Assembly (NCBI GenBank): GCA_963727525.1 | Contig: CAVSGO010000007.1 | Coordinates: 1,728,001 to 1,792,000, forward strand | Direction of reading: 5' to 3' | Length of the DNA: 64,000 nucleotides | Source of the DNA: an uncultured bacterium | Lineage (GTDB): Bacteria; Krumholzibacteriota; Krumholzibacteriia; LZORAL124-64-63 | In this document: piece by piece, positions 55,596 through 64,000 of the stretch | Layout of the letters: each line of letters opens with the position of its first letter | Position numbering within the stretch: position 1 is the first letter of the stretch | The notes under the pieces: generated by a model | Database searches by the model: none | The model's input: only the letters and a program-made list of their open reading frames with translations | What the model was told of the DNA's origin: nothing | Program-made: the position numbers and the translations under genes

Positions 55596-58208
55596 ATGCC
55601 AGCCGATTCCACGGCCGACAACTTGATCCAGAGGCTGAGCCACGCGCTGTTCGCCCGCGCAACGTTCCTCGGCCTTGGCGTGCTGGCCGTGTCCTACTGC
55701 GTATTCGCGGGTATCGATGCCACGAAGGTGCGGCCCAACGACGGCACCGTGTGGCTGCTCGGCCGGTCGATCCCCGAGGTGCTCGACGTGCCGCCCCGCA
55801 TCGAGGGGCCGACCACGCCCCTGCGCAAGGGCGACCGGATCCTCGGCATCGCGAACTGGATCGTGCGCGACCCGCGCGAAGCGGCGGAGCGGCTCAAGAA
55901 GCAGCGTCCCGGCACCACTGTCACCTACTACATCGAACGCGACGGCGAGCAGATGAACGTGGAGGTGCCGCTCACGGGCTTCCGCGTGGTCGACCGCTGG
56001 TATCTGATGAACGTGGTGCTGGCACTGGTCTATCTCGGGATCGGTTTCCTGGTGTACACCAAGAGCCAGAACGACCGGCCGGCACGGCTGTTCTTCCTGC
56101 TGTGCCTCACGTTCGGCGTATACTTCATGACCAACCTCGAGCGGTCGAGCTACTTCTGGGGTGACATCATCACGCGCAACGGCGGCGCGCTTGCTCGCTT
56201 CCTGCTGCCGGCGTTCTTCCTGCAATTCTTCCTGCTCTTCCCGGAGAAGAAGCGCTACCTGACGCGGCATCCGTTCCTGTCGCCCCTGGTGTATCTGCTG
56301 CCGGTGATGTTCTACATGCGCTTCACCATGGACCAGTTCTTCGGCGATCGCGGCGCGCGACTCGACGCGGTGACGTGGATGATCCTGGGCTGCTTCTACG
56401 TGGCCGGCATGGTGGCTCTGCTGCACAGCTATCTCAGCTACCGCGATCCCCTGCTGCGCGAACGGGTGCGCATCCTCACCTGGGGCACGCTCGTTGCCGT
56501 ACTGCCGTTCCTGGTCTTCAAGATCGGGCTCGAGGAGATCACCGAGCACAGCGAGCTGGCGCAGTTCGGGGTGATCCCGCTGGTGGCCATCCCGGTGTCG
56601 TTCGGCTATTGCGTGGCGCGCTACCAGGTGATGCAGATCGACTTCCTGGTGAAGCGCAGCCTCCTCTACAGTGTGCTACGGGCGGTGCTGCTGGCGGCAT
56701 TCCTCGGGGCGGTGCTCTGGCTCGGCGAGCAGGTGCTCTCCCTCGCCGCGTGGGACAATCCACTGGTGGCCGTGGGAGTGACGCTGGGCATCGCCGCCCT
56801 CCTGTGGCCGGCGCGCAACCACCTGCAGCGCCTGCTCGAGAACCGTTTCTATCGATCGCGCGCCAATCTGGCGGTGCTGCTCGAACAGTTCAGCCGGGAG
56901 ATCCCGCGCCTCATCCAGAGGCAAGCCCTGCTCGACCACGTGGGCAGCGGACTGCAGGACGCCCTCGACCTGCCCGGCATATGGATGTACCTCGCGCACC
57001 GCAGCGAGGGCGAACCGGCTTGGCGTCTGGCATGGCAGTCGGACCCGTCGGGGCCCGGGGCCGTGCGCGCCCGGGAGATGCCGGCAGAGGTGCCGCTGGC
57101 CGCGACGATGAAGGTGATCCACGAGCGCCGCGAACCATTCTGGATCGACCGCACCGCGGCGCTCCCCCTCGAGGGGCACCAGGCCATCACACGCGAGCAG
57201 GCCGAACTGGCGGCGCGGCAGTGGGAGCAGCGTCTGCTGGCGGAGGCCGGTGTGGAGCTGCTGGTGCCCATGGCCACCGGCGACCGCGTGGTGGGACTCC
57301 TGGTGTTGCCGGCGCGGCAGGGTGGCGAGTCCTACCAACTCCACGAGATGCAGCTCCTGACGATCGTGGCCGGTCAAGCGGCCATGCAGCTCGAGAACAC
57401 GCGCCTCTACGAGGAGGAGGTGGCGAAGCAGAAGCTCGAGGAGGAGATGACGCTCGCGCGCGCCATCCAGAGCCGCCTGTTGCCCGGCACGCTGCCGGTG
57501 TTCACGGGCATCGAGATCGACGCCGTCAACCTGTCGAGCAAGCTGGTCTCCGGCGACTACTACGACATGATCTCGCGCAGCGACGGCCAGCTCGCCATCG
57601 CCATCGCCGACGTCAGCGGCAAGGGTATGCCGGCGTCGCTGCTGGCGTCGAATCTGCAGGCGGCATTGCGCGCACAGTGCGACATCTGCGACAAGCCGGG
57701 CCTGATTCTCGAACGGATCAACCGTCAGCTCCATGCGGCTACCGACCCCATGCACTTCGCGACCTTGTTCCTGGCCTTCTTCGATCCGCGGACGCGCCGC
57801 ATCCTCTACAGCTCCGGGGGGCACAACGCGCCGCTCGTGCTGCGGGCCGACGGCACCATCGAGGCGCTCGTGGAAGGCGGGCTCCCCCTCGGTGCGTTCG
57901 ACTTCGGCAGCTACGAGGAAGGGGAGATCACGCTCGAGCAGGGCGACCTCTTCTTCCTCTACACCGACGGCCTGACCGAGACCAAGAGCCCCGACCAGGA
58001 AGACGAGTTCGGTGAGGAGCGCCTCAACGGATTCCTGCGCGAGCACAGCGCGCTCACCGTGAACGCGCTGATCGCCGAGCTGGATACCGAACTGCAACGA
58101 TTCCGCGGCCGACGCGAGGCCGAGGACGACATCACGCTGATCGGCCTGAGGATTGCGGCGGCGGCGGCCGTCGTGACGCAGCCGACGGCGGGAGCCGAAT
58201 CGTCGTGA
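55596..58208 (+). CDS. Membrane PP2C/SpoIIE-type phosphatase with PDZ, multi-TM and GAF-like domains
   Basis: LRKGDRILGI (PDZ), several TM helices, GAF-like region, VSGDYYD, ADVSGKG, GH, YTDGL, DDITL. Confidence 0.9.
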   Translation: MPADSTADNLIQRLSHALFARATFLGLGVLAVSYCVFAGIDATKVRPNDGTVWLLGRSIPEVLDVPPRIEGPTTPLRKGDRILGIANWIVRDPREAAERLKKQRPGTTVTYYIERDGEQMNVEVPLTGFRVVDRWYLMNVVLALVYLGIGFLVYTKSQNDRPARLFFLLCLTFGVYFMTNLERSSYFWGDIITRNGGALARFLLPAFFLQFFLLFPEKKRYLTRHPFLSPLVYLLPVMFYMRFTMDQFFGDRGARLDAVTWMILGCFYVAGMVALLHSYLSYRDPLLRERVRILTWGTLVAVLPFLVFKIGLEEITEHSELAQFGVIPLVAIPVSFGYCVARYQVMQIDFLVKRSLLYSVLRAVLLAAFLGAVLWLGEQVLSLAAWDNPLVAVGVTLGIAALLWPARNHLQRLLENRFYRSRANLAVLLEQFSREIPRLIQRQALLDHVGSGLQDALDLPGIWMYLAHRSEGEPAWRLAWQSDPSGPGAVRAREMPAEVPLAATMKVIHERREPFWIDRTAALPLEGHQAITREQAELAARQWEQRLLAEAGVELLVPMATGDRVVGLLVLPARQGGESYQLHEMQLLTIVAGQAAMQLENTRLYEEEVAKQKLEEEMTLARAIQSRLLPGTLPVFTGIEIDAVNLSSKLVSGDYYDMISRSDGQLAIAIADVSGKGMPASLLASNLQAALRAQCDICDKPGLILERINRQLHAATDPMHFATLFLAFFDPRTRRILYSSGGHNAPLVLRADGTIEALVEGGLPLGAFDFGSYEEGEITLEQGDLFFLYTDGLTETKSPDQEDEFGEERLNGFLREHSALTVNALIAELDTELQRFRGRREAEDDITLIGLRIAAAAAVVTQPTAGAESS

Positions 58209-58239
58209 AGTACACGACGTCCGGCGAAGGAGAACACCC

Positions 58240-59727
58240 GTGAAGAAGATCGTGCCCTGGATCGTCGTCGCCATCGTGCTCATCGCCGTCGGGTTGGTGA
58301 GCGGACGCCTCCGCGGCGGCGTGCGCCTGACCGACGATAAGGTGGCCGCCGAAGCGTACGAGGAGGGCAACGCCCAGCTCGTGGCCATGCAGCTCGGCAA
58401 GGCCGAGGTGAACCTGCGGCGTGCCGTCACCCTGGATCCGGGCTTCGCCATGGCCCACGCCGCCCTCGCCCACCTTCTGAGCCGCAGCGGCATGCAGGAC
58501 CAGTCGAAGCAAGAACTGGCGATCGCCGACAGCCTGTCGGCCGGCATGGATGACACGCTCGCCCGGTTGCTGGTGCAGGTGCGCCTCAGCAGCTCCTATT
58601 ACTCTCGCTACCATACCAGCGCCGACTCGCTCCTCGCCGCCGGCGAGAAGATCGATCCCAACCAGCTCATCTTCCTGGTGGCCAAGGCCGAGCGCGCCGG
58701 CCAGCGCGACGATCGCGACACCGTGGAGCGCGTATGGAAGCACGTGCTCGATCTCAATCCCAACTATGCCGCGGCCTACAACAGCCTCGGGTACCTCTAC
58801 TTCAACGAGGGGCGCTACGAGGACGCCAAGAATGCCATGCACAAGTATGCCTTCGTGGCGCCGGACCTGGCGAACCCGCACGACTCTCTCGGCGAGGTGC
58901 TCATGACGGTGGGCGAATACGAGGACGCGGAGCACGAGTTCAAGCTGGCCCTGCAGAAGCAGTCCGACTTCTTCTGGTCGCTCGTGAACCTGGGCCACGT
59001 CTATCTCGAGCGAGGCGAGATCACGCGCGGTCTCGCGCTGCTCGATCAGGTGAGCGCCAAGATCGAGGGCACCTCGTGGGAACGCGCCGTCGCGGCCCGC
59101 GTGATCCACTCCCTGTACGCGGCCGACATGAAGGACGACCTCGGCCGCTACACGCAGCGGTTCATCGCGAAATTCCCCGACGACCAGCGCACCCCGTTCT
59201 ACCGGGCGATGATCATGATGTACACCGGACGCTTCGACGCGGGCGCGGCCGTCATCGACTCCGCGCTGGACGTGGCCGCCAGCAAGCTGGACGACCAGGA
59301 CGGCAATGGTCCCCGCACGATGCTGGAAGCAAATCGCCTCTTGTTTGCCGGGGCGCTAGCCGCGGCCCAGGGCGACACGGCTTCGGCCGCGACGGATTTC
59401 ACGGAGATGCTCGCCATGCAGCAGAATCGCCCACCGCACGAGCTGATCTCCGAGCGCGTGCGCCTGGCCGGGTACCTGCACTCGCTGCGGCGTGACGCGG
59501 AGGCGAAGACCCAGCTCGAACAGGTCTTCGCCATCAATCCCCGCACGTGCTCCGCGCTGGCGCTGGCGGTCGACGTGAATCTGGCGCTAGGCGACCGCGT
59601 GGCCGCCGTGACGTTCCTGGATCTGCTGGAGCGGGCCACCGCGCTCGCTGACGCGGACTATCCGCCGCGCGAGCGCGCCCAGGCCTTGCGGGCACGTCTG
59701 GGGACCTCGGAGCGCGCGGCGCGCTGA
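58240..59727 (+). CDS. TPR protein with N-terminal membrane anchor
   Basis: AAGGAG RBS then GTG; TPR motifs LDPGFAMAH, AAYNSLGY, NPHDSLGE. Confidence 0.85.
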   Translation: MKKIVPWIVVAIVLIAVGLVSGRLRGGVRLTDDKVAAEAYEEGNAQLVAMQLGKAEVNLRRAVTLDPGFAMAHAALAHLLSRSGMQDQSKQELAIADSLSAGMDDTLARLLVQVRLSSSYYSRYHTSADSLLAAGEKIDPNQLIFLVAKAERAGQRDDRDTVERVWKHVLDLNPNYAAAYNSLGYLYFNEGRYEDAKNAMHKYAFVAPDLANPHDSLGEVLMTVGEYEDAEHEFKLALQKQSDFFWSLVNLGHVYLERGEITRGLALLDQVSAKIEGTSWERAVAARVIHSLYAADMKDDLGRYTQRFIAKFPDDQRTPFYRAMIMMYTGRFDAGAAVIDSALDVAASKLDDQDGNGPRTMLEANRLLFAGALAAAQGDTASAATDFTEMLAMQQNRPPHELISERVRLAGYLHSLRRDAEAKTQLEQVFAINPRTCSALALAVDVNLALGDRVAAVTFLDLLERATALADADYPPRERAQALRARLGTSERAAR

Positions 59728-59745
59728 CGGGCGAGAATGTCCGGG

Positions 59746-61113
59746 CTACGCCAGGACCACCGGCTCGATCCGGCTCACCATGGGATGTTCGGGGAACTTC
59801 TCGGTGACGGTACGGCGCCAGCTCTGGGCATTGTCGTGGAACCCCAGGTCTTCCATGAGATCGGTGCCGCGCACCCACGCGCGGTGGTTCCACTCGTTGG
59901 CCGTCACGGCGCGCAGGTACAGCTTGAGTGCGCGCTTGCGATCGCCAGCGTAACGTGCGCATTCCGCCAGCCCGAGCCAGGCGAACGAGTAGTCCCCGTC
60001 GATTCCGAGGGCCTGTTCGAAGTACTCCGACGCCAGGCTGACGGCACCGTCCGCCAGCGCCACCTCGCCGAGGTGCCGCAGCGGATAGAGCGTCCGGATG
60101 CGGGTGTCGCCTGCGGTGCGCACCTCCGGCGTGGAACGCAGCTCATCGAGGTCGCGACGTGCGGCGCAGATGAGCTTCTCCCGGGACGCCCCTGCGGGCG
60201 CCGACTCGAGCTGCGCGACGAGTGCGGCGGCCGCCTGCAGGAGGATATGCGGTCGCGGACCCCAGACCGCGCGGGCCTGCTCGATCACCTCGCGAGCCGC
60301 GTCGGGCCGGTCGCAGGCCACGAGGCACGAGGCCAGGTTCGCCGCCAGATACTCGCCGAAGATGAGAAGCTTGCGCCGCACCAGAGGTTCGGCCCGCAGC
60401 AGGCGCCAGGCCGACTCGAGATACTGCCGGCTGGACCCGAGGCCGGCCGTCGGCAGCACGTCCTCGTCGAGCTTCATGAGCGTATCGTTGGCGAGCTGAA
60501 ACTGGAAGTACAGCTCTTCGGGATAGGCCGCCGCGAGCTTGCGAAGCAGGCGTAGATTGCGGTCGTGCTTCTGGATGCGCTGGTCGCCCTCGAGTCCGCC
60601 GTGCACGATGACCAGCGGCGAGTCGGCCACCGTCATCGCCTCCTCGGCGCCCACCGCCGAGAGTGTGGGCAGGATCTGTTCGTGAACCGGATACCAGTAG
60701 CGCACGGAGGGATGATTGCGGAAGAGGCGCACCGACGGTACCGCCTGCGTGACGAGGTGGCCCCCCGGCGTGGACGTATGCACGCGGTAGCCGATCACGT
60801 GCCGCTCGTGCAGGAGCCGCTGGAATTCCACCGGCCGCAGGCTCTGGAGCTGCTCGTCGGTGTCCAGGACCAGGATCCAGTCGCAGGTGGCCTCGGCAAG
60901 CGCGAGGTTGCGCGCTGCCGCGAAGTCGTCTTGCCAGCGATGGTCGAGGACGCGCGCCCCGTAACCCTCCGCGATGATGCGCGTGTTGTCGCGCGACCCG
61001 GTATCGACGACGATGATCTCGTCCACGAGGGCCAACGTGGACTTGATCGCTCTGCCGATGGATGCCTCCTCGTCGCGAGCGATCATGCAGAGGCTGACAG
61101 TCTTGCGCTTCAT
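59746..61113 (-). CDS. Glycosyltransferase family 2 with TPR repeats
   Basis: SLCMIARDE, VDTGSRD, WQDDFAAARN, LDTDE, RLFRN, VHEQ, then TPRs. Confidence 0.9.
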   Translation of the reverse strand: MKRKTVSLCMIARDEEASIGRAIKSTLALVDEIIVVDTGSRDNTRIIAEGYGARVLDHRWQDDFAAARNLALAEATCDWILVLDTDEQLQSLRPVEFQRLLHERHVIGYRVHTSTPGGHLVTQAVPSVRLFRNHPSVRYWYPVHEQILPTLSAVGAEEAMTVADSPLVIVHGGLEGDQRIQKHDRNLRLLRKLAAAYPEELYFQFQLANDTLMKLDEDVLPTAGLGSSRQYLESAWRLLRAEPLVRRKLLIFGEYLAANLASCLVACDRPDAAREVIEQARAVWGPRPHILLQAAAALVAQLESAPAGASREKLICAARRDLDELRSTPEVRTAGDTRIRTLYPLRHLGEVALADGAVSLASEYFEQALGIDGDYSFAWLGLAECARYAGDRKRALKLYLRAVTANEWNHRAWVRGTDLMEDLGFHDNAQSWRRTVTEKFPEHPMVSRIEPVVLA

Positions 61114-61272
61114 GCGTACCGGAGTTCCTTGGTCGGGTGACAGGCTCCCCCCGGTTATCGGCTCCCGGCCGCCCCGGTTTAGCCCGCCGGACGCGGGCTT
61201 GCCGCGCCTTGCCGCGCGGGCGATCATGGTCGAGCGCCGCAGACCGCCCCACAGCGCAGGAGGAAGCCCGCG

Positions 61273-61767
61273 ATGCCCGGACCCGACGGCCACGCGCCCA
61301 TCTTCGGATTGCTCGACAACATCCGCAGCGCCTGGAATGTGGGCGCGATGTTCCGTACGGCCGACGCGGCGGGCCTGGCGGGCCTGGTGCTCTGCGGCGT
61401 CACCGCGACCCCGCCGCGGCCGGATATCGAGAAGACCGCGCTGGGCGCCAGCCTCACCGTCCCCTGGGACTACTGGACCGACTCGGCGGCGGCCGTCCAC
61501 CACCTCCAGGGCAAGGGCGTGCAGGTGGTGGCTCTGGAGCTGGCGGAGCGGGCGCATCCCTTCGACGCCTTCGCCTATCGTTTCCCGGTATGCTTCGTCG
61601 TGGGCCACGAGGTGAGCGGCGTCCGCGCCGAGGTGCTCGAACTCGCCGACGCGACGGTGGCCATCCCCATGCACGGGCTCAAGCAATCGCTGAACGTGGC
61701 CGTGAGCTTCGGTATCATGGCCTATACCGTCCGGCGGGCGTGGGCGTCATCGACCTACCAGGGCTGA
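61273..61767 (+). CDS. TrmH/SpoU family RNA methyltransferase
   Basis: LDNIRSAWNVGAMFRTAD, GHEVSG, IPMHGLKQSLNVAV. Confidence 0.93.
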   Translation: MPGPDGHAPIFGLLDNIRSAWNVGAMFRTADAAGLAGLVLCGVTATPPRPDIEKTALGASLTVPWDYWTDSAAAVHHLQGKGVQVVALELAERAHPFDAFAYRFPVCFVVGHEVSGVRAEVLELADATVAIPMHGLKQSLNVAVSFGIMAYTVRRAWASSTYQG

Positions 61768-62843
61768 TATTCGAGGAGCTGGGTGTAGGCGCGCACGAGA
61801 TGGTTGCTCGACGCGCATAGCCGTGCCGCCGCCACGGTGCGGTACACCGCGCTACGGCCGATCTTCACCCGCGCGTGCGACGGGAAGTCGGCGGAGCTCT
61901 CGGCGGCGCGCAGCGTGCGCACCGCCAGGAAGACGGGTACCAGGCAGAACAGCCGGATCTGGTACTCCACCCGCGGCACCAGCTCGCAGTACTGCAGCGC
62001 GTCCTCGAGATGGCTGCGCGCCTTGCCGATAAGGCGCCCCATCACTGCCCGCGCCTTCTGCCGCGTGGCGGGCGCGAGCAGATCTTCCACAGCGAGTCCC
62101 TCGCGCAGGCACAGCTCGTCCGGCACATACGACACGCCCCGCGACTGATCCTGGCCGGTGTCGACGATGATGTTGGTGAGCTGCAGGCCCGAACCGAAGC
62201 TCTCGGCCAGCGCATCGAGCCGGGACAGCCGATCCGACTGGCCGCGGAGACGGCGATAGCCGAAGAGTCCCGTCAGCAGATGGCCGACGGTGCCGGCCAC
62301 GACGTAGCAATAGCGGTCGAGTTCGGTCTCGGTGGCGAGGGTCCGCAGGACCGGCCCATTCTCCGCAATTCCCCGGGGCCCCGCACCCGCGGGCCCCTGC
62401 AGCCGTTGTTGCGCGAAGTCTCCCATACCCTGACACATCTCCTGGACCCAGGGCACCACCACGGCACGCAGATCGGCCGGGAGCTGCTCGAACACTCCCA
62501 GAACCCGTCCGGCGCTGGCGGCCAGCCTCGCCTCGGCGCCATCGAGCTGTGCAAAGGCCTCGGCTAGTTCCGGGACCGGCGTACGCGGCGTGGTGAGTGC
62601 TTCGGACAGGCAGTCGAGCAGGGCGCGCTTGCGGGAGGCGTCGAGGCCGGGCGTGTCCTCGATCGTGTCGGCGATCCGGCAAAGCAGATAGCTCAGCAGA
62701 ACGGGCTGCTGCAGATCTGTGGGCAGAAAGCGGATGCACAGGGCGAACGTCCGCGACACCCGCGGCAGCATGAGTTCACACCAGAGCTGGTCGTCGACCG
62801 GCCGGCCGTCGGCCGGGTTGTCGTATGGTCTCGCCTCGCGCAC
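61755..62843 (-). CDS. Squalene/phytoene synthase family (squalene synthase-type)
   Basis: VSRTFAL, CRIADTIED, YCYVVAGTVG, GLQLTNII, RLFCLVP; start uncertain. Confidence 0.88.
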   Translation of the reverse strand: MREARPYDNPADGRPVDDQLWCELMLPRVSRTFALCIRFLPTDLQQPVLLSYLLCRIADTIEDTPGLDASRKRALLDCLSEALTTPRTPVPELAEAFAQLDGAEARLAASAGRVLGVFEQLPADLRAVVVPWVQEMCQGMGDFAQQRLQGPAGAGPRGIAENGPVLRTLATETELDRYCYVVAGTVGHLLTGLFGYRRLRGQSDRLSRLDALAESFGSGLQLTNIIVDTGQDQSRGVSYVPDELCLREGLAVEDLLAPATRQKARAVMGRLIGKARSHLEDALQYCELVPRVEYQIRLFCLVPVFLAVRTLRAAESSADFPSHARVKIGRSAVYRTVAAARLCASSNHLVRAYTQLLEYQPW

Positions 62844-63108
62844 GCCCCCCACCTGGGTTCGCGAACCGGGCTTCGCATTCGGACACAAAAAGAGATCGAT
62901 GCGGGCGAAGCCCCAGCACCGATCCCACGGGATGCGACTCAAGTCCCGGGGGTGGCCAGGGGGCCCCGATCATCCCACGACAACCAGCCTTGATGTCGCG
63001 GGAACCCGCATCGAATCCTCCCGCGACGGACTCGGCGGCCATCGAGGAGGCATAAGTATACGTGGTGCAGGCCCCCCTATCAAGGGGCCCCCGCAATGGC
63101 GTAACCAT

Positions 63109-63137
63109 TGGACAAGGCAAAGGCAGAACCATATATT
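63109..63137 (+). promoter_or_regulatory. Sigma70-like promoter
   Basis: TGGACA-N17-TATATT. Confidence 0.55.
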
Positions 63138-63261
63138 CCTCTCAGGGTTGAGGGGGTTCGGCGCCTGCCGGCGCCGCCCTGTTGCCGGCTGCCGTGTCGT
63201 GACGTCGCGGCTGGTCCCCACCCCGGGCCGGCCTCTCGGAATCATGCGAGGAGTTGAGTCA

Positions 63262-64000
63262 ATGACGCTGGGTAATCGCCCCGGAATCGGTCTCATCGCG
63301 CTTGCGGCGCTCGCCGTGAGCTGGCTGGGCGGCGCGGCATCGGCCCAGACGGATGAGGGATTCGCCGGCAAGTGGCGCGCCTCGGTCGACACCGGTCAGG
63401 GCGAAATCATCTACCTCATGGACATCAGCCAGGGCGAGGATGGCACGTGGACCGGCGACCTCAAGTCGGACCAGAATCCGAACCGGGTGATGACCTTCAC
63501 GTCGATCACGATCGACGGCTCCCACATCCTGGCCGTGGTCGATCAGGGCGACTTCAAGCAGAGTTTCGAGGGTAATCTCGGCGGCAACGGCAAGATCAAG
63601 GGCAAGATGCGGATCCACGCACAGGACGTGAAGACGGAGACGTCGATGACCTTCGTCCCGGCCGCCACGCCCAAGAATCCGGTACCCGAGCCGATCGCAG
63701 GCTCACCCGTCGTGAACTTCGACTCGTCCAACCCCATCTCGGGCAGCTGGGCGGTCCACCCGTCAGAAGAAGACAAGGCGCGCACATTGCGCCTGGAGAT
63801 CGGCCGCAATGCGAAGAACGAGTGGGCGGGCTCGATCACGGACACGGGCACCGACGAGCTGACGCCCCTGCGCGACATCAACCTCGGCGAGAACACGCTG
63901 AGTTTCAACTTCCGGCCCGAAGGTGCACCGTTCCTGGCGTCGTTCTGGGGCCGCTACCTGCCCGAGGACGACAGCCTCAAGGGGTCGCTCTCCATCGGCG
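63262..64000 (+). CDS. Secreted protein with tandem small beta-barrel-like repeats, truncated by window edge
   Basis: Not in ORF track. GAGGAG RBS; MTLGNRPGIGLIALAALAVSWLGGAASA signal peptide; units starting FAGKW and ISGSW; open to the end of the window. Confidence 0.75.
   Translation, partial: MTLGNRPGIGLIALAALAVSWLGGAASAQTDEGFAGKWRASVDTGQGEIIYLMDISQGEDGTWTGDLKSDQNPNRVMTFTSITIDGSHILAVVDQGDFKQSFEGNLGGNGKIKGKMRIHAQDVKTETSMTFVPAATPKNPVPEPIAGSPVVNFDSSNPISGSWAVHPSEEDKARTLRLEIGRNAKNEWAGSITDTGTDELTPLRDINLGENTLSFNFRPEGAPFLASFWGRYLPEDDSLKGSLSIG

Overview
High-GC bacterial chromosomal segment. By inference it comes from an FCB-group candidate phylum (Krumholzibacteriota/Latescibacterota/Eisenbacteria-like), based on secreted proteins ending in YPNPFNP-type C-terminal domains or a short TDWGTVKSLF motif. 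It holds about 53 protein genes and 5 tRNAs (Lys-CTT, His-GTG, Arg-TCT, Pro-TGG, Leu-CAG). Main blocks: (1) a three-gene saccharopine lysine-catabolism operon; (2) a 1.2-kb IS-like element with 20-bp terminal inverted repeats and an atypical IS1-like transposase; (3) glgX; (4) a 10-kb outer-membrane uptake module (TonB-dependent receptor, secreted beta-helix-like protein with C-terminal sorting domain, DUF3450-ExbB-ExbB-ExbD-TonB-TPR); (5) cysteine desulfurase, hybrid PAS kinase, M28 peptidase, ECF sigma/anti-sigma/DUF4097, DUF3160 protein and OPT transporter; (6) a small-gene islet at tRNA-Lys; (7) the conserved smpB-amidase-GerMN-murI-rph-rdgB-tRNA cluster; (8) a CHAT-like gene, PP2C phosphatase, GT2-TPR, TrmH and squalene synthase. 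The most notable signal is that the three promoters of the uptake module share one architecture: four hexamers at exact 11-bp period, 9 bp, then TAnnnT (PhoB/OmpR-type boxes). Other notable signals are an RdgB with a ~138-aa insertion, a CHAT-like protein lacking its catalytic dyad, and two sharp local G/C strand-skew inversions. Family assignments come from motifs recognised by eye; no database searches were run.
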